DNA from: an uncultured Candidatus Rokubacteria bacterium
Lineage (GTDB): Bacteria > Methylomirabilota > Methylomirabilia > Rokubacteriales > CSP1-6
DNA length: 64,000 nucleotides
Direction: 5' to 3'
NCBI GenBank assembly: GCA_963747235.1
Contig: CAVVEU010000033.1
Location: 160,001 to 224,000, forward strand
The notes beneath the pieces were generated by a model. The model saw only the letters and a program-made list of their open reading frames with translations. It did not search any database and was not told the origin of the DNA. This document shows positions 8,865 through 18,788 of the stretch, piece after piece. Each line of letters opens with the position of its first letter. The first letter of the stretch is position 1. A program made the position numbers and the translations under genes.

Positions 8865-10256
8865 TCATCGCATGGTGGCCAGCGGTTCTCCGATCAAGGC
8901 CCAGTACGGAATCGCGACGGCGAGAACGACTACTGCGGCGAGCGCGGTCATCAGGAGGCCGAAGCCGAAGATCTCGCCCGCGGTGAGGTGCCCGCGCTCG
9001 TAGACCACCAGCGACGAGGCGGCCTGCGCCGGATAGTAGAGAACCGCGTCGCCCGCGATCGTGACGATGAGCCCGCAGAGGATGGGGTTCAGGCCGGCGG
9101 TGGTGCCCACCGACATCGCCACCGGGATCGTGGTCGCGAGGAAGCCGGTGATGTTCGGGATCAGGAGCCGCACCACCGCGGAGGCGACGAGCAGCACCCC
9201 CACCACCATCCAGGGCGAGTCGGCCACCGAGCGGGCCGTCCCGACCACGCCGCCGGCCAGCCACGCGCTCGCGCCGGAGCGCGAGAGCGCCGTGGCCAGG
9301 GACAGCGACGACGCGAGGACGAAGAAGTTCGCCCAGCCGACTTCCTGCTCGAACTGCCGCCAGGTCATCACGCCCACGACGGGCATCAGGAAGAACACCC
9401 ACGCCAGCAGGGCGGGCAGCGTGGGATGCCAGTGGTGGATGGAGTCGGTCAGCCAGAGCAGCCCCGCGCCCGCGGTGATCAGCGCGGTGCGCCACTCGAC
9501 GGCGGAGAGCGGGCGCGGCTCGGACCGGGGCGGCACCTGCACCAGGGTCTGGAAGCCGTGGCGGTAGCGCAGGTAGATCGCGGCGGCGGCGAGGCTGATC
9601 AGGGCCAGGTACGGCACGCTCATCAGCACGAACCAGCGCGTCCACGAGATCGTGCCGATCAGGCCGGCGGCCACGATGGGCGTGATGCCGCCGGTCAACA
9701 ATATCGTGGACGACAGGCGGTTCACCGAGTTCAGCACCAGCATGATGGCGCGGGCGAGCGGCGCGCCGGGCGGCACGCGGCCGAGCGTGAAGGCCTGGTC
9801 GTAGACGTGGACGAGGATGCCGGTGCGCGTGGTCGCCGACGGGAGCAGCAGCGTGAGCACGGGCAGCGCGAGCAGCAGGTGCGCGTAGAGCGCGCCGGCC
9901 CGACCCCGCCCGCGCGCGAGCAGCAGATGCGCCACCCGCTCGGCGAGGCCGCTCCGCGCCACCGCCACGCCCAGGGTCAGCACGCCGATCAGGAAGTAGG
10001 CGATGGGATCCGCGAAGCCCACCAGGCCCTCGCGGATGCTCGGCACCGCGTGGGTGAAGACGAGCGCCATGATCGCCACCATGCCGGTGACGCCGGGGGG
10101 GAGCGTCTCGAAGCCCCAGAGCCCGATGGCGAGCACGATCACGGAGAGAACGCGCTGGCCCTCCAGGCTCAAGCCTTCGGGCGAGGGCGCCGCCAGCACC
10201 GCCAGGCTTCCGAGGAGCGGAATCAGCCAGCGGAAGGCGAACAGTGGGCGGCGCAC
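8865..10256 (-). CDS. DASS/SLC13 family anion transporter
   Basis: Multi-TM protein with PSATTR and SSTILLTGG loop motifs. Confidence 0.8.
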   Translation of the reverse strand: MRRPLFAFRWLIPLLGSLAVLAAPSPEGLSLEGQRVLSVIVLAIGLWGFETLPPGVTGMVAIMALVFTHAVPSIREGLVGFADPIAYFLIGVLTLGVAVARSGLAERVAHLLLARGRGRAGALYAHLLLALPVLTLLLPSATTRTGILVHVYDQAFTLGRVPPGAPLARAIMLVLNSVNRLSSTILLTGGITPIVAAGLIGTISWTRWFVLMSVPYLALISLAAAAIYLRYRHGFQTLVQVPPRSEPRPLSAVEWRTALITAGAGLLWLTDSIHHWHPTLPALLAWVFFLMPVVGVMTWRQFEQEVGWANFFVLASSLSLATALSRSGASAWLAGGVVGTARSVADSPWMVVGVLLVASAVVRLLIPNITGFLATTIPVAMSVGTTAGLNPILCGLIVTIAGDAVLYYPAQAASSLVVYERGHLTAGEIFGFGLLMTALAAVVVLAVAIPYWALIGEPLATMR

Positions 10257-10272
10257 CCGCCGAGAATACTAC

Positions 10273-10446
10273 CTACCAGCGGCCGCGGTCGTAGTAGCGC
10301 GGCGCGTACGGGTAGGCCGGATAGCCGGGGTAGCTGTAGGTGTAGCGCGGCCGCGGAGGCGGCGGCGCGTAGCCGAACGGGACGAGCGGCACGATGGCAC
10401 AGCCGGCCAGCAGCAGCGCGGCCAGTGGAATCCAGAACAGTCGCAT
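10273..10446 (-). CDS. Small 57-aa Pro/Tyr-rich lipoprotein (absent from the ORF track)
   Basis: MRLFWIPLAALLLAGC lipobox; GAGGAGG RBS; TAG stop at 10273-10275. Confidence 0.75.
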   Translation of the reverse strand: MRLFWIPLAALLLAGCAIVPLVPFGYAPPPPRPRYTYSYPGYPAYPYAPRYYDRGRW

Positions 10447-10546
10447 GACGGTGTCCTCCTCGCCCGATCAGACGAAGGAGGCCGTCGCGAATATTCCTTT
10501 GTTTGCGTGTACACGCGCGGCCGGGCGGCCGCGTCTAACGAGATCG

Positions 10547-11737
10547 CTAGGGCTGCTCGCCGAGCACGATGACGCCGGCCGCGGCCAGGCGATCGATCTC
10601 CTCGCGCGCGAGCCCGAGCTCGCCGAGCACCTCGGCGGTGTGCTGGCCGAGCAGCGGCGCGGGACGATCGATGCGCGGCGGCGTGCCGGAGGCGCGGCCC
10701 GGGAACGTGAGCATCTTCACCTTGCCCGCGCCGGGCTGCTCCACCTCGGCCACGAGCCCCAGGTGGCGCACCTGCGGGTCCTCGAAGACCTCGTGGAACT
10801 CGTAGATGGGGCCCGCCGCGATGCCGCCCGCCTCGAGGCGCGCGACCCACTCGGTGGCGGAGCCCGTGCCCAGGATCGCCTCCACGCGCGCCTTGAACGC
10901 CGGATGATTGGCAAGCCGTGCCTGGTTATCGGCGAAGCGCGGATCGGTCTCCATGCCGGGATCGCCCAGCGCCTGGCAGAAGCGGCCCCACTGCTCGGGG
11001 TTCAGCAACACCACGTTGACGAAGCCGTCCTTGGCCTGGAACGCCTCGGCGGGCGAGAGGTTCAGGTTGCGGTTGCCTGCGCGCTTGGGCCGCTCGCCGG
11101 TGTCGAAGTAGATCGCGGTCGGGTCGGGCAGGAGCCCGAGGCTCGCCCCGACCAGGCTCACGTCCACGTGCTGGCCTTCCCCGGTGCGGAAGCGATGCAC
11201 GAGCGCGGCGTTGACCATGCCGAAGGTCATGTAGGACGCGGCCACGTCGGAGACCGAGCCGCCCACGCGCGTCGGCGGATCGCCGGGCATGCCGGTGAGC
11301 GCCATGAGCCCGCTCATGCCCTGCGCGATCGTGTTGTAGCCGGGCTTGCGCGCGAGCGGGCCGGTCTGGCCGAAGCCGGTCACCGAGGCGTAGACCACCG
11401 CCGGATTCGCCGCGCGCACCGCCGCGTAGCCCAGGCCGAGCTTCTCGGCCACGCCGGTCAGGAAGTTCTCGATGACCACGTCCGCGCGCCGCGCGAGGTC
11501 GAAGGCGAGCCGGGCGCCCTCGGGCTTCTGCAGGTCCACCGCGATCCCGCGCTTGTTGCGATTGACCGCGGCGAACGACGCGCTCATCCGGCCGCTGCCG
11601 CGGAGCGCGCGCAGGTCGTCGCCGCGGCCGGGCCGCTCCAGCTTGATGACGTCGGCGCCCAGGTCGCCCAGCAGGGCCGCGCAGTAGGGGCCGGCGATGA
11701 CGCGGGAGAGGTCGAGGACGCGGATGCCCTGGAGCAT
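10547..11737 (-). CDS. CaiB/BaiF family III CoA-transferase
   Basis: VLDLSRVIAGP, GADVIKLE, NRNKR and ADVVIENF motifs. Confidence 0.92.
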   Translation of the reverse strand: MLQGIRVLDLSRVIAGPYCAALLGDLGADVIKLERPGRGDDLRALRGSGRMSASFAAVNRNKRGIAVDLQKPEGARLAFDLARRADVVIENFLTGVAEKLGLGYAAVRAANPAVVYASVTGFGQTGPLARKPGYNTIAQGMSGLMALTGMPGDPPTRVGGSVSDVAASYMTFGMVNAALVHRFRTGEGQHVDVSLVGASLGLLPDPTAIYFDTGERPKRAGNRNLNLSPAEAFQAKDGFVNVVLLNPEQWGRFCQALGDPGMETDPRFADNQARLANHPAFKARVEAILGTGSATEWVARLEAGGIAAGPIYEFHEVFEDPQVRHLGLVAEVEQPGAGKVKMLTFPGRASGTPPRIDRPAPLLGQHTAEVLGELGLAREEIDRLAAAGVIVLGEQP

Positions 11738-11868
11738 GGCGGCCCGGGCATGGTGCCGCGTCCGGAGGCCCGGAGTCAAGGCGCGGGCATAGGTTGACGT
11801 GAGGCCCGCCGGTGGCTAGGCTCTGTCCACACGCGAGTAGTGACCCGGTACCGGCCAAAGGGGGCGTC

Positions 11869-13011
11869 ATGCGCTACCAACGGATCTCCGCCGACTGCCA
11901 CATCGACCTGCCCTGGATCCCGCCCGATCTGTTCACCGCGAACGCCTCGGCGGTGCTGAAGGACCGCATGCCCTTCGTGAAGGACGGCCCCGACGGCCCG
12001 TTCTGGACCGCCCGGAACGGCACCAACTTCGGCCTCTGGGGCGGCGTGGGCCCGGCCGGATCCAAGTACGAGGCCGGCAAGCATCACCGGGTGGACGTCA
12101 TGGCGGCTACCGGTCTTTACGATGACGGCCGGAAGGGGATCGCCCGTCCGACCACTCCGGCGCTGCGGGCGAAGGACATGGACCGCGACGGCGTGCAGGC
12201 GGAGGTCATCTACGGCATCCTGGGCGCGGCCACGCGGCTGAACGACCACGAGGCCGCCACCGAGATGTTCCACATCTACAACGACTGGCTCGTGGACTTC
12301 TGCGGCCACGACCCGGACCGCTTCATCGGTCTGGCCTGCCTGCCCTACGGCGACATCGACGCCGCGGTGCAGGAGGTCTACCGCGTGGCCAAGCTCGGCC
12401 TGCGCGGCATGGAGCTCTCCTGCTCCTGGGACATGGAGCCGATGTGGCACCCGTCGTGGGAGCCGCTCTGGAAGGCGGTCAACGACGTGAACCTCCCGCT
12501 GCACTTCCACACCTTCCCGGCCCTGGCGCCCTCGGTGCTGGAGAAGCAGACCGGCCTCACGCGGCGCGCCGCCTTCTTCACGGTGGTCTCCGCGTTCCAG
12601 ATGAACCTGGTCAACATCCTGGCCGCGATCATCGGCGCCGCGGTGCTCGAGCGCTATCCGAACGTGCGCATCGCGTTCGGCGAGAGCGGCATCGGCTGGG
12701 TCCCCTACGCGCTCGACCGCATGGACTTCGAGTGGGAGGACCGCTTCCACGATCTCGGCCTCAAGATGAAGCCGAGCGACTACTGGCGGCGCCAGTGCAA
12801 GGCCACCTTCCAGTTCGACCGCATCGGCACCAAGCTGATCGACGACATGGGCGTGGAGACGCTGATGTGGGGCTCCGACTACCCGCACGGCGACGGCGTG
12901 TGGCCCGACTCCTCCAAGTACATCGCCGAGCAGTTCGGCCACCTGCCCGCCGACGTCATGCACAAGATGACCTGCGAGAACGCGGGGAGGTTCTACGGCC
13001 TGATCAAGTGA
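11869..13011 (+). CDS. Amidohydrolase_2 family protein
   Basis: ISADCH, DMDRDGV, ESGIGW and WGSDYPH motifs. Confidence 0.9.
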   Translation: MRYQRISADCHIDLPWIPPDLFTANASAVLKDRMPFVKDGPDGPFWTARNGTNFGLWGGVGPAGSKYEAGKHHRVDVMAATGLYDDGRKGIARPTTPALRAKDMDRDGVQAEVIYGILGAATRLNDHEAATEMFHIYNDWLVDFCGHDPDRFIGLACLPYGDIDAAVQEVYRVAKLGLRGMELSCSWDMEPMWHPSWEPLWKAVNDVNLPLHFHTFPALAPSVLEKQTGLTRRAAFFTVVSAFQMNLVNILAAIIGAAVLERYPNVRIAFGESGIGWVPYALDRMDFEWEDRFHDLGLKMKPSDYWRRQCKATFQFDRIGTKLIDDMGVETLMWGSDYPHGDGVWPDSSKYIAEQFGHLPADVMHKMTCENAGRFYGLIK

Positions 13012-13739
13012 AGTTCTCGAGGACCTCCTGTCACTCCGCGAGTGGCAGACGCACGCGGAGGTGTACGGCAACGCCCTCGCGGAGTGCCGGCTCGCCGACG
13101 AGCTGGGCTTTCACACGATCTGGCTGGCCGAGCACCACTTCTCGCCCTACGGCATCGTCCCCTCGCTGGCCCCGCTCGCGGGCGCGCTCGCGCGGGAGAC
13201 GCGGAGGGCCCGCATCGGCACCGCGGTGGTCATCGCGCCCTTCGAGCACCCGCTGCGGATCGCGGAGGAGTGGGCCGAGATCGACATCCTCTCGGGGGCC
13301 GCCTCGAGTTCGGCCTCGGCCGCGGGTACCAGCCGAACGAGTTCCACGGCCTCGGCGCCTCGATGGTGGACACCCGCCAGCGCTTCGACGAGGAGCTCGA
13401 GATCATCCGCCGCGCCTGGACCCAGGACGAGATGACCTTCGACGGCGCCTTCTACACGGTGCCGCGGGTGCGGGTCAACCCGAAGCCGGTCCAGAAGCCG
13501 CACCCGCCGCTCTGGACCGCGGCGGTCTCGCCGGATACGTACACGCTGGCCGCGAAGCGCGGGCTCAGGCCGCCATCGCGGGCGACGCCGAGGAAGTCGC
13601 CGACAAGGTCCGCCTGCACAACGAGGCGCTCGGCATCACCCACTACATGGGCGCCTTCTCCCGCGGCGGCCTCGCCCACGAGAAGGTCACGCGCTCGATG
13701 CGCCTGTTCGCCGAAAAGGTGATGCCTCGCTTCGCCTAG
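13008..13739 (+). pseudogene. LLM (luciferase-like) oxidoreductase, frameshifted and internally shortened
   Basis: WLAEHHF, GRLEFGLGRGYQ, PKPVQKPHPP and the C-terminal RSMRLFAEKVMP lie in three frames; the middle of the barrel is missing. Confidence 0.65.
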
Positions 13740-14629
13740 GCTTTCTCCACCGCCGGGCGGATGGTGCCTGTCACCAGCTCCAGGAGCTCTAGCATCTTCG
13801 GCAAGTCGTCGCGGCGGAAGTCGATCATGACGTGGCTCAGGCCGAGCCGCTTGTAGCCGGCGAGCTCGTCGATGGCCTGCTGGGGCCCGCCCGCGATCAG
13901 GGTGTCGGGCAGGCTGTAGCGCACCGAGATGTCGATCGTCTTCATGTCGCGCTTGTGCTGCTCCGCGACCTTGGCCAGGCGGCCCAGGCCCTCGCGGAGC
14001 TGGGCCGGGTCCTTGGACGTGGCGTGCCAGCCGTCGCCCAGCGTGACCACGCGGCGGAACGCGCCCGGGCTGTCGCCGCCCACCCAGATCGGCGGGTGCG
14101 GCTTCTGCACCGGCTTGGGCGCGAAGCCCAGCTCGCGGAAGCGGAAGAACTCGCCGTCGAGGCGCGGGTTGTCCTCGGTCCAGAGCGCCTTGAACGCGCG
14201 GAGGATCTCATCGCCGTGGCGGCCGCGGGCGTGGAAGGGCACGCCGAGGATCTCGAGCTCCTCCTTCCACCAGCCGACGCCCACGCCGCAGATCAGCCGG
14301 CCATTGGAGAGCGCGTCGATGCTGGTGAGCATCTTGGCCATCACCACCGGGTGGCGGTGGCCGAGGATGAAGACCGAGGCGCCGAGGCGCGCGCGGCTCG
14401 TGAGGACCGCGGCGGCGGCCAGCACGGTCACCGGCTCGAGATAGGGCTTGTCGGGCGGATGCGGGAAGCGCCCGCCCGGATAGCTGCCGGTGGCGGAGCG
14501 CGGGAAGATGACGTGATCGCTCACCCACAGCGAGGCGACGTGGCGCTGCTCGGCCTCGCGGCAGAAGCGCTGAAGGGCCTCGCCGGTGGCCAGGGGCCCC
14601 TGGTTGGGAAGATGGCAGCCGATGTCCAT
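13736..14629 (-). CDS. LLM class, probably F420-dependent oxidoreductase (Rv2161c-like)
   Basis: LWVSDHVI, GVGVGW..EE, PKPVQKPHPPIWVGG and GDGWH motifs. Confidence 0.88.
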   Translation of the reverse strand: MDIGCHLPNQGPLATGEALQRFCREAEQRHVASLWVSDHVIFPRSATGSYPGGRFPHPPDKPYLEPVTVLAAAAVLTSRARLGASVFILGHRHPVVMAKMLTSIDALSNGRLICGVGVGWWKEELEILGVPFHARGRHGDEILRAFKALWTEDNPRLDGEFFRFRELGFAPKPVQKPHPPIWVGGDSPGAFRRVVTLGDGWHATSKDPAQLREGLGRLAKVAEQHKRDMKTIDISVRYSLPDTLIAGGPQQAIDELAGYKRLGLSHVMIDFRRDDLPKMLELLELVTGTIRPAVEKA

Positions 14630-14746
14630 GAATCGCTCCTCTTGAACGCACCGGTCCTTGAACCGGCGGGCGGGTCCTACTATTCTCTAGCGCGGCACCG
14701 AGCGCGGCAGCGACACCGACGATACCTCAGCCGAAAGGACACCGCC

Positions 14747-15163
14747 ATGCCCTACCGGATCAATCACATCCATCTGAAGGCCTCCGACCCCCGCAAGACC
14801 GCCGACTGGTACGTGAAGGCCTTCGCGTTCAAGATCCTGTCCGACGAGACGCGGGTCTTCGGCGACCGCTTCGTGCGCTGTCAGAGCGAGGACGGCACCC
14901 CGGTGAACATCTCGGGCGCGCGCTCCAACGAGACGCTCGGAGCGGGCGACGCCAAGGCTCATCACGGCCTCGAGCACTTCGGCTTCGACTCCGAGAACCT
15001 CGAGGCCGACATCAAGCGGCTGGAAGGCCTGGGCGCGAAGCTGCTGGAAGGGCCGATCCAGAACCCCGGCGGCGCCTCGTATCTGCTTCGTGCAGGCGCC
15101 GGACGACGTGCGCGTCGAGCTGGTCGAGCGGAAGAAGGCAACATCGCCGGCGGCTGTTGCTGA
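14747..15163 (+). CDS. VOC/glyoxalase family protein (frameshift near 15075; true end uncertain)
   Basis: INHIHL, GLEHFGF, then ICFVQAPDDVRVELVE in the shifted frame; AAAGGA RBS. Confidence 0.8.
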   Translation: MPYRINHIHLKASDPRKTADWYVKAFAFKILSDETRVFGDRFVRCQSEDGTPVNISGARSNETLGAGDAKAHHGLEHFGFDSENLEADIKRLEGLGAKLLEGPIQNPGGASYLLRAGAGRRARRAGRAEEGNIAGGCC

Positions 15164-15179
15164 GATGGATGGCATCCAG

Positions 15180-15959
15180 ATGGAGCTTCAAGGTCAGGCC
15201 GCGATCGTCACCGGCGCGGGGCGCAATATCGGCCGCGCCATCGCGCTGGAGCTGGCGGGCATGGGGGCCGACATCGTGGTCGCCGAGATGGACGAAGCCA
15301 CCGGCAAGCGCACCGCGGATGAGGTGCGCAAGCTCGGGCGGCGGGCCCTCGCCCTCCGCACCGACGTCACCCGCATGGCCGATCTGCAGGCGATGGCCGA
15401 TCGCACGGTGGGCGAGTTCGGACGCATCGACATCCTGGTCAACAACGCGGGCATCCACCGCTCCGCCCACACCGCGGACGTGACCGAGGACGACTGGGAC
15501 CGCCTGCTCGCGGTCAACGCCAAGGGGGTCTTCTTCGCGAGCCAGGCGGTGCTACGCCACATGGTCAAGGCAAGGCGCGGCAACATCATCAGCCTGGCCT
15601 CGATGGCGGGCAAGATCGGGCTCAAGACCTCGCTGGTCTACGGCATCACCAAGGCCGCGGTGATCAGCATGACCAAGAGCCTGGCCCTGGCCCACGCCGC
15701 CGACGGCATCCGCGCCAACTGCGTGTGCCCCGGCATCGTGGAGACGGACATGATCTTCCAGATCGACCGGGAAGCCGGCGAGAAGCTCTTCGGCCTCAAG
15801 CCCGGCGAGTACCTCAAGCAGCGCGTGGAGCAGATCCCGCTGGGCCGCATCGAGACCGCGGAGGACGTGGCCAACCTCGTGGGCTTCCTCGCCTCCGGCA
15901 AGTCGTCCTACATGACCGGCCAGGCCATCAATGTCACCGGTGGCCTCGTGATGCACTAG
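15180..15959 (+). CDS. Classical SDR oxidoreductase
   Basis: TGAGRNIG, NNAG and YGITK motifs. Confidence 0.92.
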   Translation: MELQGQAAIVTGAGRNIGRAIALELAGMGADIVVAEMDEATGKRTADEVRKLGRRALALRTDVTRMADLQAMADRTVGEFGRIDILVNNAGIHRSAHTADVTEDDWDRLLAVNAKGVFFASQAVLRHMVKARRGNIISLASMAGKIGLKTSLVYGITKAAVISMTKSLALAHAADGIRANCVCPGIVETDMIFQIDREAGEKLFGLKPGEYLKQRVEQIPLGRIETAEDVANLVGFLASGKSSYMTGQAINVTGGLVMH

Positions 15960-15980
15960 CCCTTGCCACCGGAGACCCTC

Positions 15981-17597
15981 ATGACCCGACGCTCTCTGCC
16001 GTCCGTGATCCTCGCGATCCTGATCCTGGTCACGGCGGCTCTCTTCGCCACGCCCGCGAGCGCCCAGAGCGGCAAGCCCAAGCGCGGGGGGATCCTCAAC
16101 TCGGTGCTGACCGAGGACCCGCCGGGACTGCTCGTCCACGAGTCGGCCACCATCTCCAACGTCTGGCCGATGTCGCCGTGCTACTCGAACCTCGTCATCT
16201 TCGACCCGCTCAAGCCGCTCGACAGCGCGGAGACGGTCATCCCCGAGCTCGCCGAGCGGTGGTCGTGGCAGGACAACTTCCGGAACCTCGTCTTCTTCCT
16301 CCGGAAGAACGTGACGTGGCACGACGGCAAGCCGTTCACCGCCCGCGACGTCAAGCACACCTTCGACATGGTCCGCGAGGCGCCGGACAGCGCAGCCAAG
16401 ATGCGCACGAGTCCGCGCAAGGACTGGTACGCGAACGTGGAGGCCATCGAGACCCCGGAGCCGCACACGGTGGTGTTCCGGCTCAAGCGGCCGCAGCCGT
16501 CCCTGCTCCTGATGTTCGCCTCGGGCTACTCCCCGGTGTATCCGGCCCACGTGCCGATCGCCGATCTCCGTCAGCGCTGCGTCGGCACCGGGCCCTTCCG
16601 CCACAAGGAGTACCTCCGCGGCCAGCTCATCGAGCTGGAGCGCAACCCGAGCTACTTCGTGCCCGACCGGCCCTATCTCGACGGCATCCGCTACACCATC
16701 ATCCGGGAGCGGGGGACGCGCCTGGCCGCGCTCCAGGCGGGGCGCATCGACGCCTTCATGCCGCTCGAGATGACGAAGGCGATGGCCGACGCGGCCAAGG
16801 CGCAGGCCCCGTCGCTCGTCATCACCGAGGTCGGGCAGAACGGTAGCGACAACGTGATCCTGAACCACAAGCGCGCCCCGTTCGACAATCCGGCGGTGCG
16901 CCAGGCCGTCAACCTCGCGCTCGACCGCAACGCCTACGTGCGGGGCGTCCGCCAGAACGGCGCGGTCACCGGCGCCGCCCTCATGCCCAGGCCGCTCGGC
17001 TTCTGGGGGTTGCCCGACGCGGAGCTCCGCACGCTGGCCGGCTACCGGGACCCCGCCAAAGACAAGGCGGAGGCCAAGCAGCTCCTCGCGAAAGCCGGCT
17101 ACGGGCCCGACAAGCCGCTCCGGGTGGACCTCGTGACCCGGACGCTGCCGATCTACCTCGACCTGGCGTCCTTCGTGGTGGACCAGCTCCGCCTGATCGG
17201 GATGGAGGCGACGATCAAGCAGCTCGACACCGCGGCCTGGTTCCCGGCCCTCTCCCGGCGCGACTTCCAGATCGGAGCCAACCTCACCGCGGGCGGCTTC
17301 GACGATCCGGACGCCTACCTCTTCGAGAACTACAAGTGCGGCTCGCCGCGGAACTACACCGACTACTGCAGCGAGGAGATGGAGCGGCTGATCGACCAGC
17401 AGTCGCAGGAGCTCGACCGCGCCAAGCGGCTCAAGCTCGTGGCCGACATCCAGCGCAAGCTCGAGGCCGACGTGGCGCGCCCCATGCTCGGCTGGCGCAA
17501 GGAGTACTTCGCGCGGTGGCCGCACGTGAAGAACCTGGTGCCTCACAACGCGCTCTACAACTACGGCCGCATGCAGGAGGTCTGGCTCGACAAGTAG
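15981..17597 (+). CDS. ABC transporter substrate-binding protein, family 5
   Basis: Signal peptide, PKRGGIL, WHDGKPFTARDV and VGTGPF motifs. Confidence 0.92.
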   Translation: MTRRSLPSVILAILILVTAALFATPASAQSGKPKRGGILNSVLTEDPPGLLVHESATISNVWPMSPCYSNLVIFDPLKPLDSAETVIPELAERWSWQDNFRNLVFFLRKNVTWHDGKPFTARDVKHTFDMVREAPDSAAKMRTSPRKDWYANVEAIETPEPHTVVFRLKRPQPSLLLMFASGYSPVYPAHVPIADLRQRCVGTGPFRHKEYLRGQLIELERNPSYFVPDRPYLDGIRYTIIRERGTRLAALQAGRIDAFMPLEMTKAMADAAKAQAPSLVITEVGQNGSDNVILNHKRAPFDNPAVRQAVNLALDRNAYVRGVRQNGAVTGAALMPRPLGFWGLPDAELRTLAGYRDPAKDKAEAKQLLAKAGYGPDKPLRVDLVTRTLPIYLDLASFVVDQLRLIGMEATIKQLDTAAWFPALSRRDFQIGANLTAGGFDDPDAYLFENYKCGSPRNYTDYCSEEMERLIDQQSQELDRAKRLKLVADIQRKLEADVARPMLGWRKEYFARWPHVKNLVPHNALYNYGRMQEVWLDK

Positions 17598-17619
17598 CCC
17601 GTCGACGCCATCGCGAGCC

Positions 17620-18681
17620 ATGGACTTCGGCATCGTTCACGCCAAGATCGACGAGATCGGCTACATCACCCACGCCGAGAACCTCGGCTTCTCGCACTGC
17701 TGGGTCACCGACAGCCAGATGATCCGGTCCAACTGCTGGGCGGTGCTGGCCCTGGCCGCCCAGCAGACGCGCCGGATGCGCCTCGGCACCGGCGTGAACG
17801 TGCCGGGGCTGCGGCTCGCGCCGGTCGCGGCCAACGGCATCGCCACCATCAACCGTCTGGCGCCCGGCCGCTGCTTCATCGGGCTCGGCACCGGCCACAC
17901 CGCGATGCGCACGCTCGGCCAGAAGCCGATGCGCCTCGGCCCGTTCAAGGAGTACGTGCAGACCGTCCGCGCCCTGCTCCGCGGCGAAGAGGTCGACTAC
18001 ACGTTGAACGGCGAGACGCACCCGATCCGCTTCCAGATGCGCGAGCACCGCTTCATCGACCTCGACCACCCGATCCCGGTCTACATCGCGGGGTTCGGCC
18101 CGAAGGCGCAGGCCCTCGCCGGCGAGCTGGGCGACGGGCTCATCTCCGGCATGCCGCGCGGCGGGACGGTGCCGGAGATGCTCGCCAACGCGCGCCGCGG
18201 CGCCCAGAAGGCCGGGCGCGCGCTGCCCAGGGATTTCCACACCTCGGCCATGGTGAACGTCGCCCTGCTGCAGCCGGGCGAGACGGCCAACTCCGAGCGG
18301 ATCATCGCGGAGTGCGGCGCGGCGGTGATCACGGGGTTGCACTACCTGGTCGCGCACCACCTGGAGACCGGCGCGGAGCCGCCCGCCTACGCGCGGCCGG
18401 TGTGGAAGGGCTATCTCGACTGGCTCAACCAGGCGCCGCCCGAGGTCCGGCACCAGCGCCTGCACGGCAGCCACTACAGCTTCGTGGACCCGGAGGAGGC
18501 CCGCTTCCTCACCCCGGAGCTGATCGAGGCCACGTGCCTCACCGGCGCGCCCGAGCGCATCGTGGAGCGGTTGAAGGAGCTCGAGAGCCAGGGGCTGAGC
18601 CAGATCATGCTCTACCCGCCGCTCAACCGGCAGTACCGCGTGATCGAGGACTTCGCGGATCGGGTGATGGCGAAGCTGTAG
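17620..18681 (+). CDS. LLM class flavin/F420-dependent oxidoreductase (Mer-like)
   Basis: WVTDSQ, LGTGV, PVYIAGFGPK and AGELGDG motifs. Confidence 0.88.
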   Translation: MDFGIVHAKIDEIGYITHAENLGFSHCWVTDSQMIRSNCWAVLALAAQQTRRMRLGTGVNVPGLRLAPVAANGIATINRLAPGRCFIGLGTGHTAMRTLGQKPMRLGPFKEYVQTVRALLRGEEVDYTLNGETHPIRFQMREHRFIDLDHPIPVYIAGFGPKAQALAGELGDGLISGMPRGGTVPEMLANARRGAQKAGRALPRDFHTSAMVNVALLQPGETANSERIIAECGAAVITGLHYLVAHHLETGAEPPAYARPVWKGYLDWLNQAPPEVRHQRLHGSHYSFVDPEEARFLTPELIEATCLTGAPERIVERLKELESQGLSQIMLYPPLNRQYRVIEDFADRVMAKL

Positions 18682-18788
18682 GCGGATCGCCCCTCGGCGC
18701 CCGGGCTCCCAGGGCACATCTGGTACCATCGATCTCGTCGTCCAACGATCACATACGTTCGAGGCGCGCGTGCGCCGGGAGGATGGGC

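Noticed and set aside
5988-10448. Very long ORFs such as 1486 aa, 1123 aa (38678-42049) and 928 aa (3108-5894)
   Set aside because: These are shadow or antisense frames of high-GC genes, or read-through caused by indels.
15090-15959. VOC-SDR fusion
   Set aside because: It appears only after a frameshift in an indel-rich contig, and the SDR has its own ATG.
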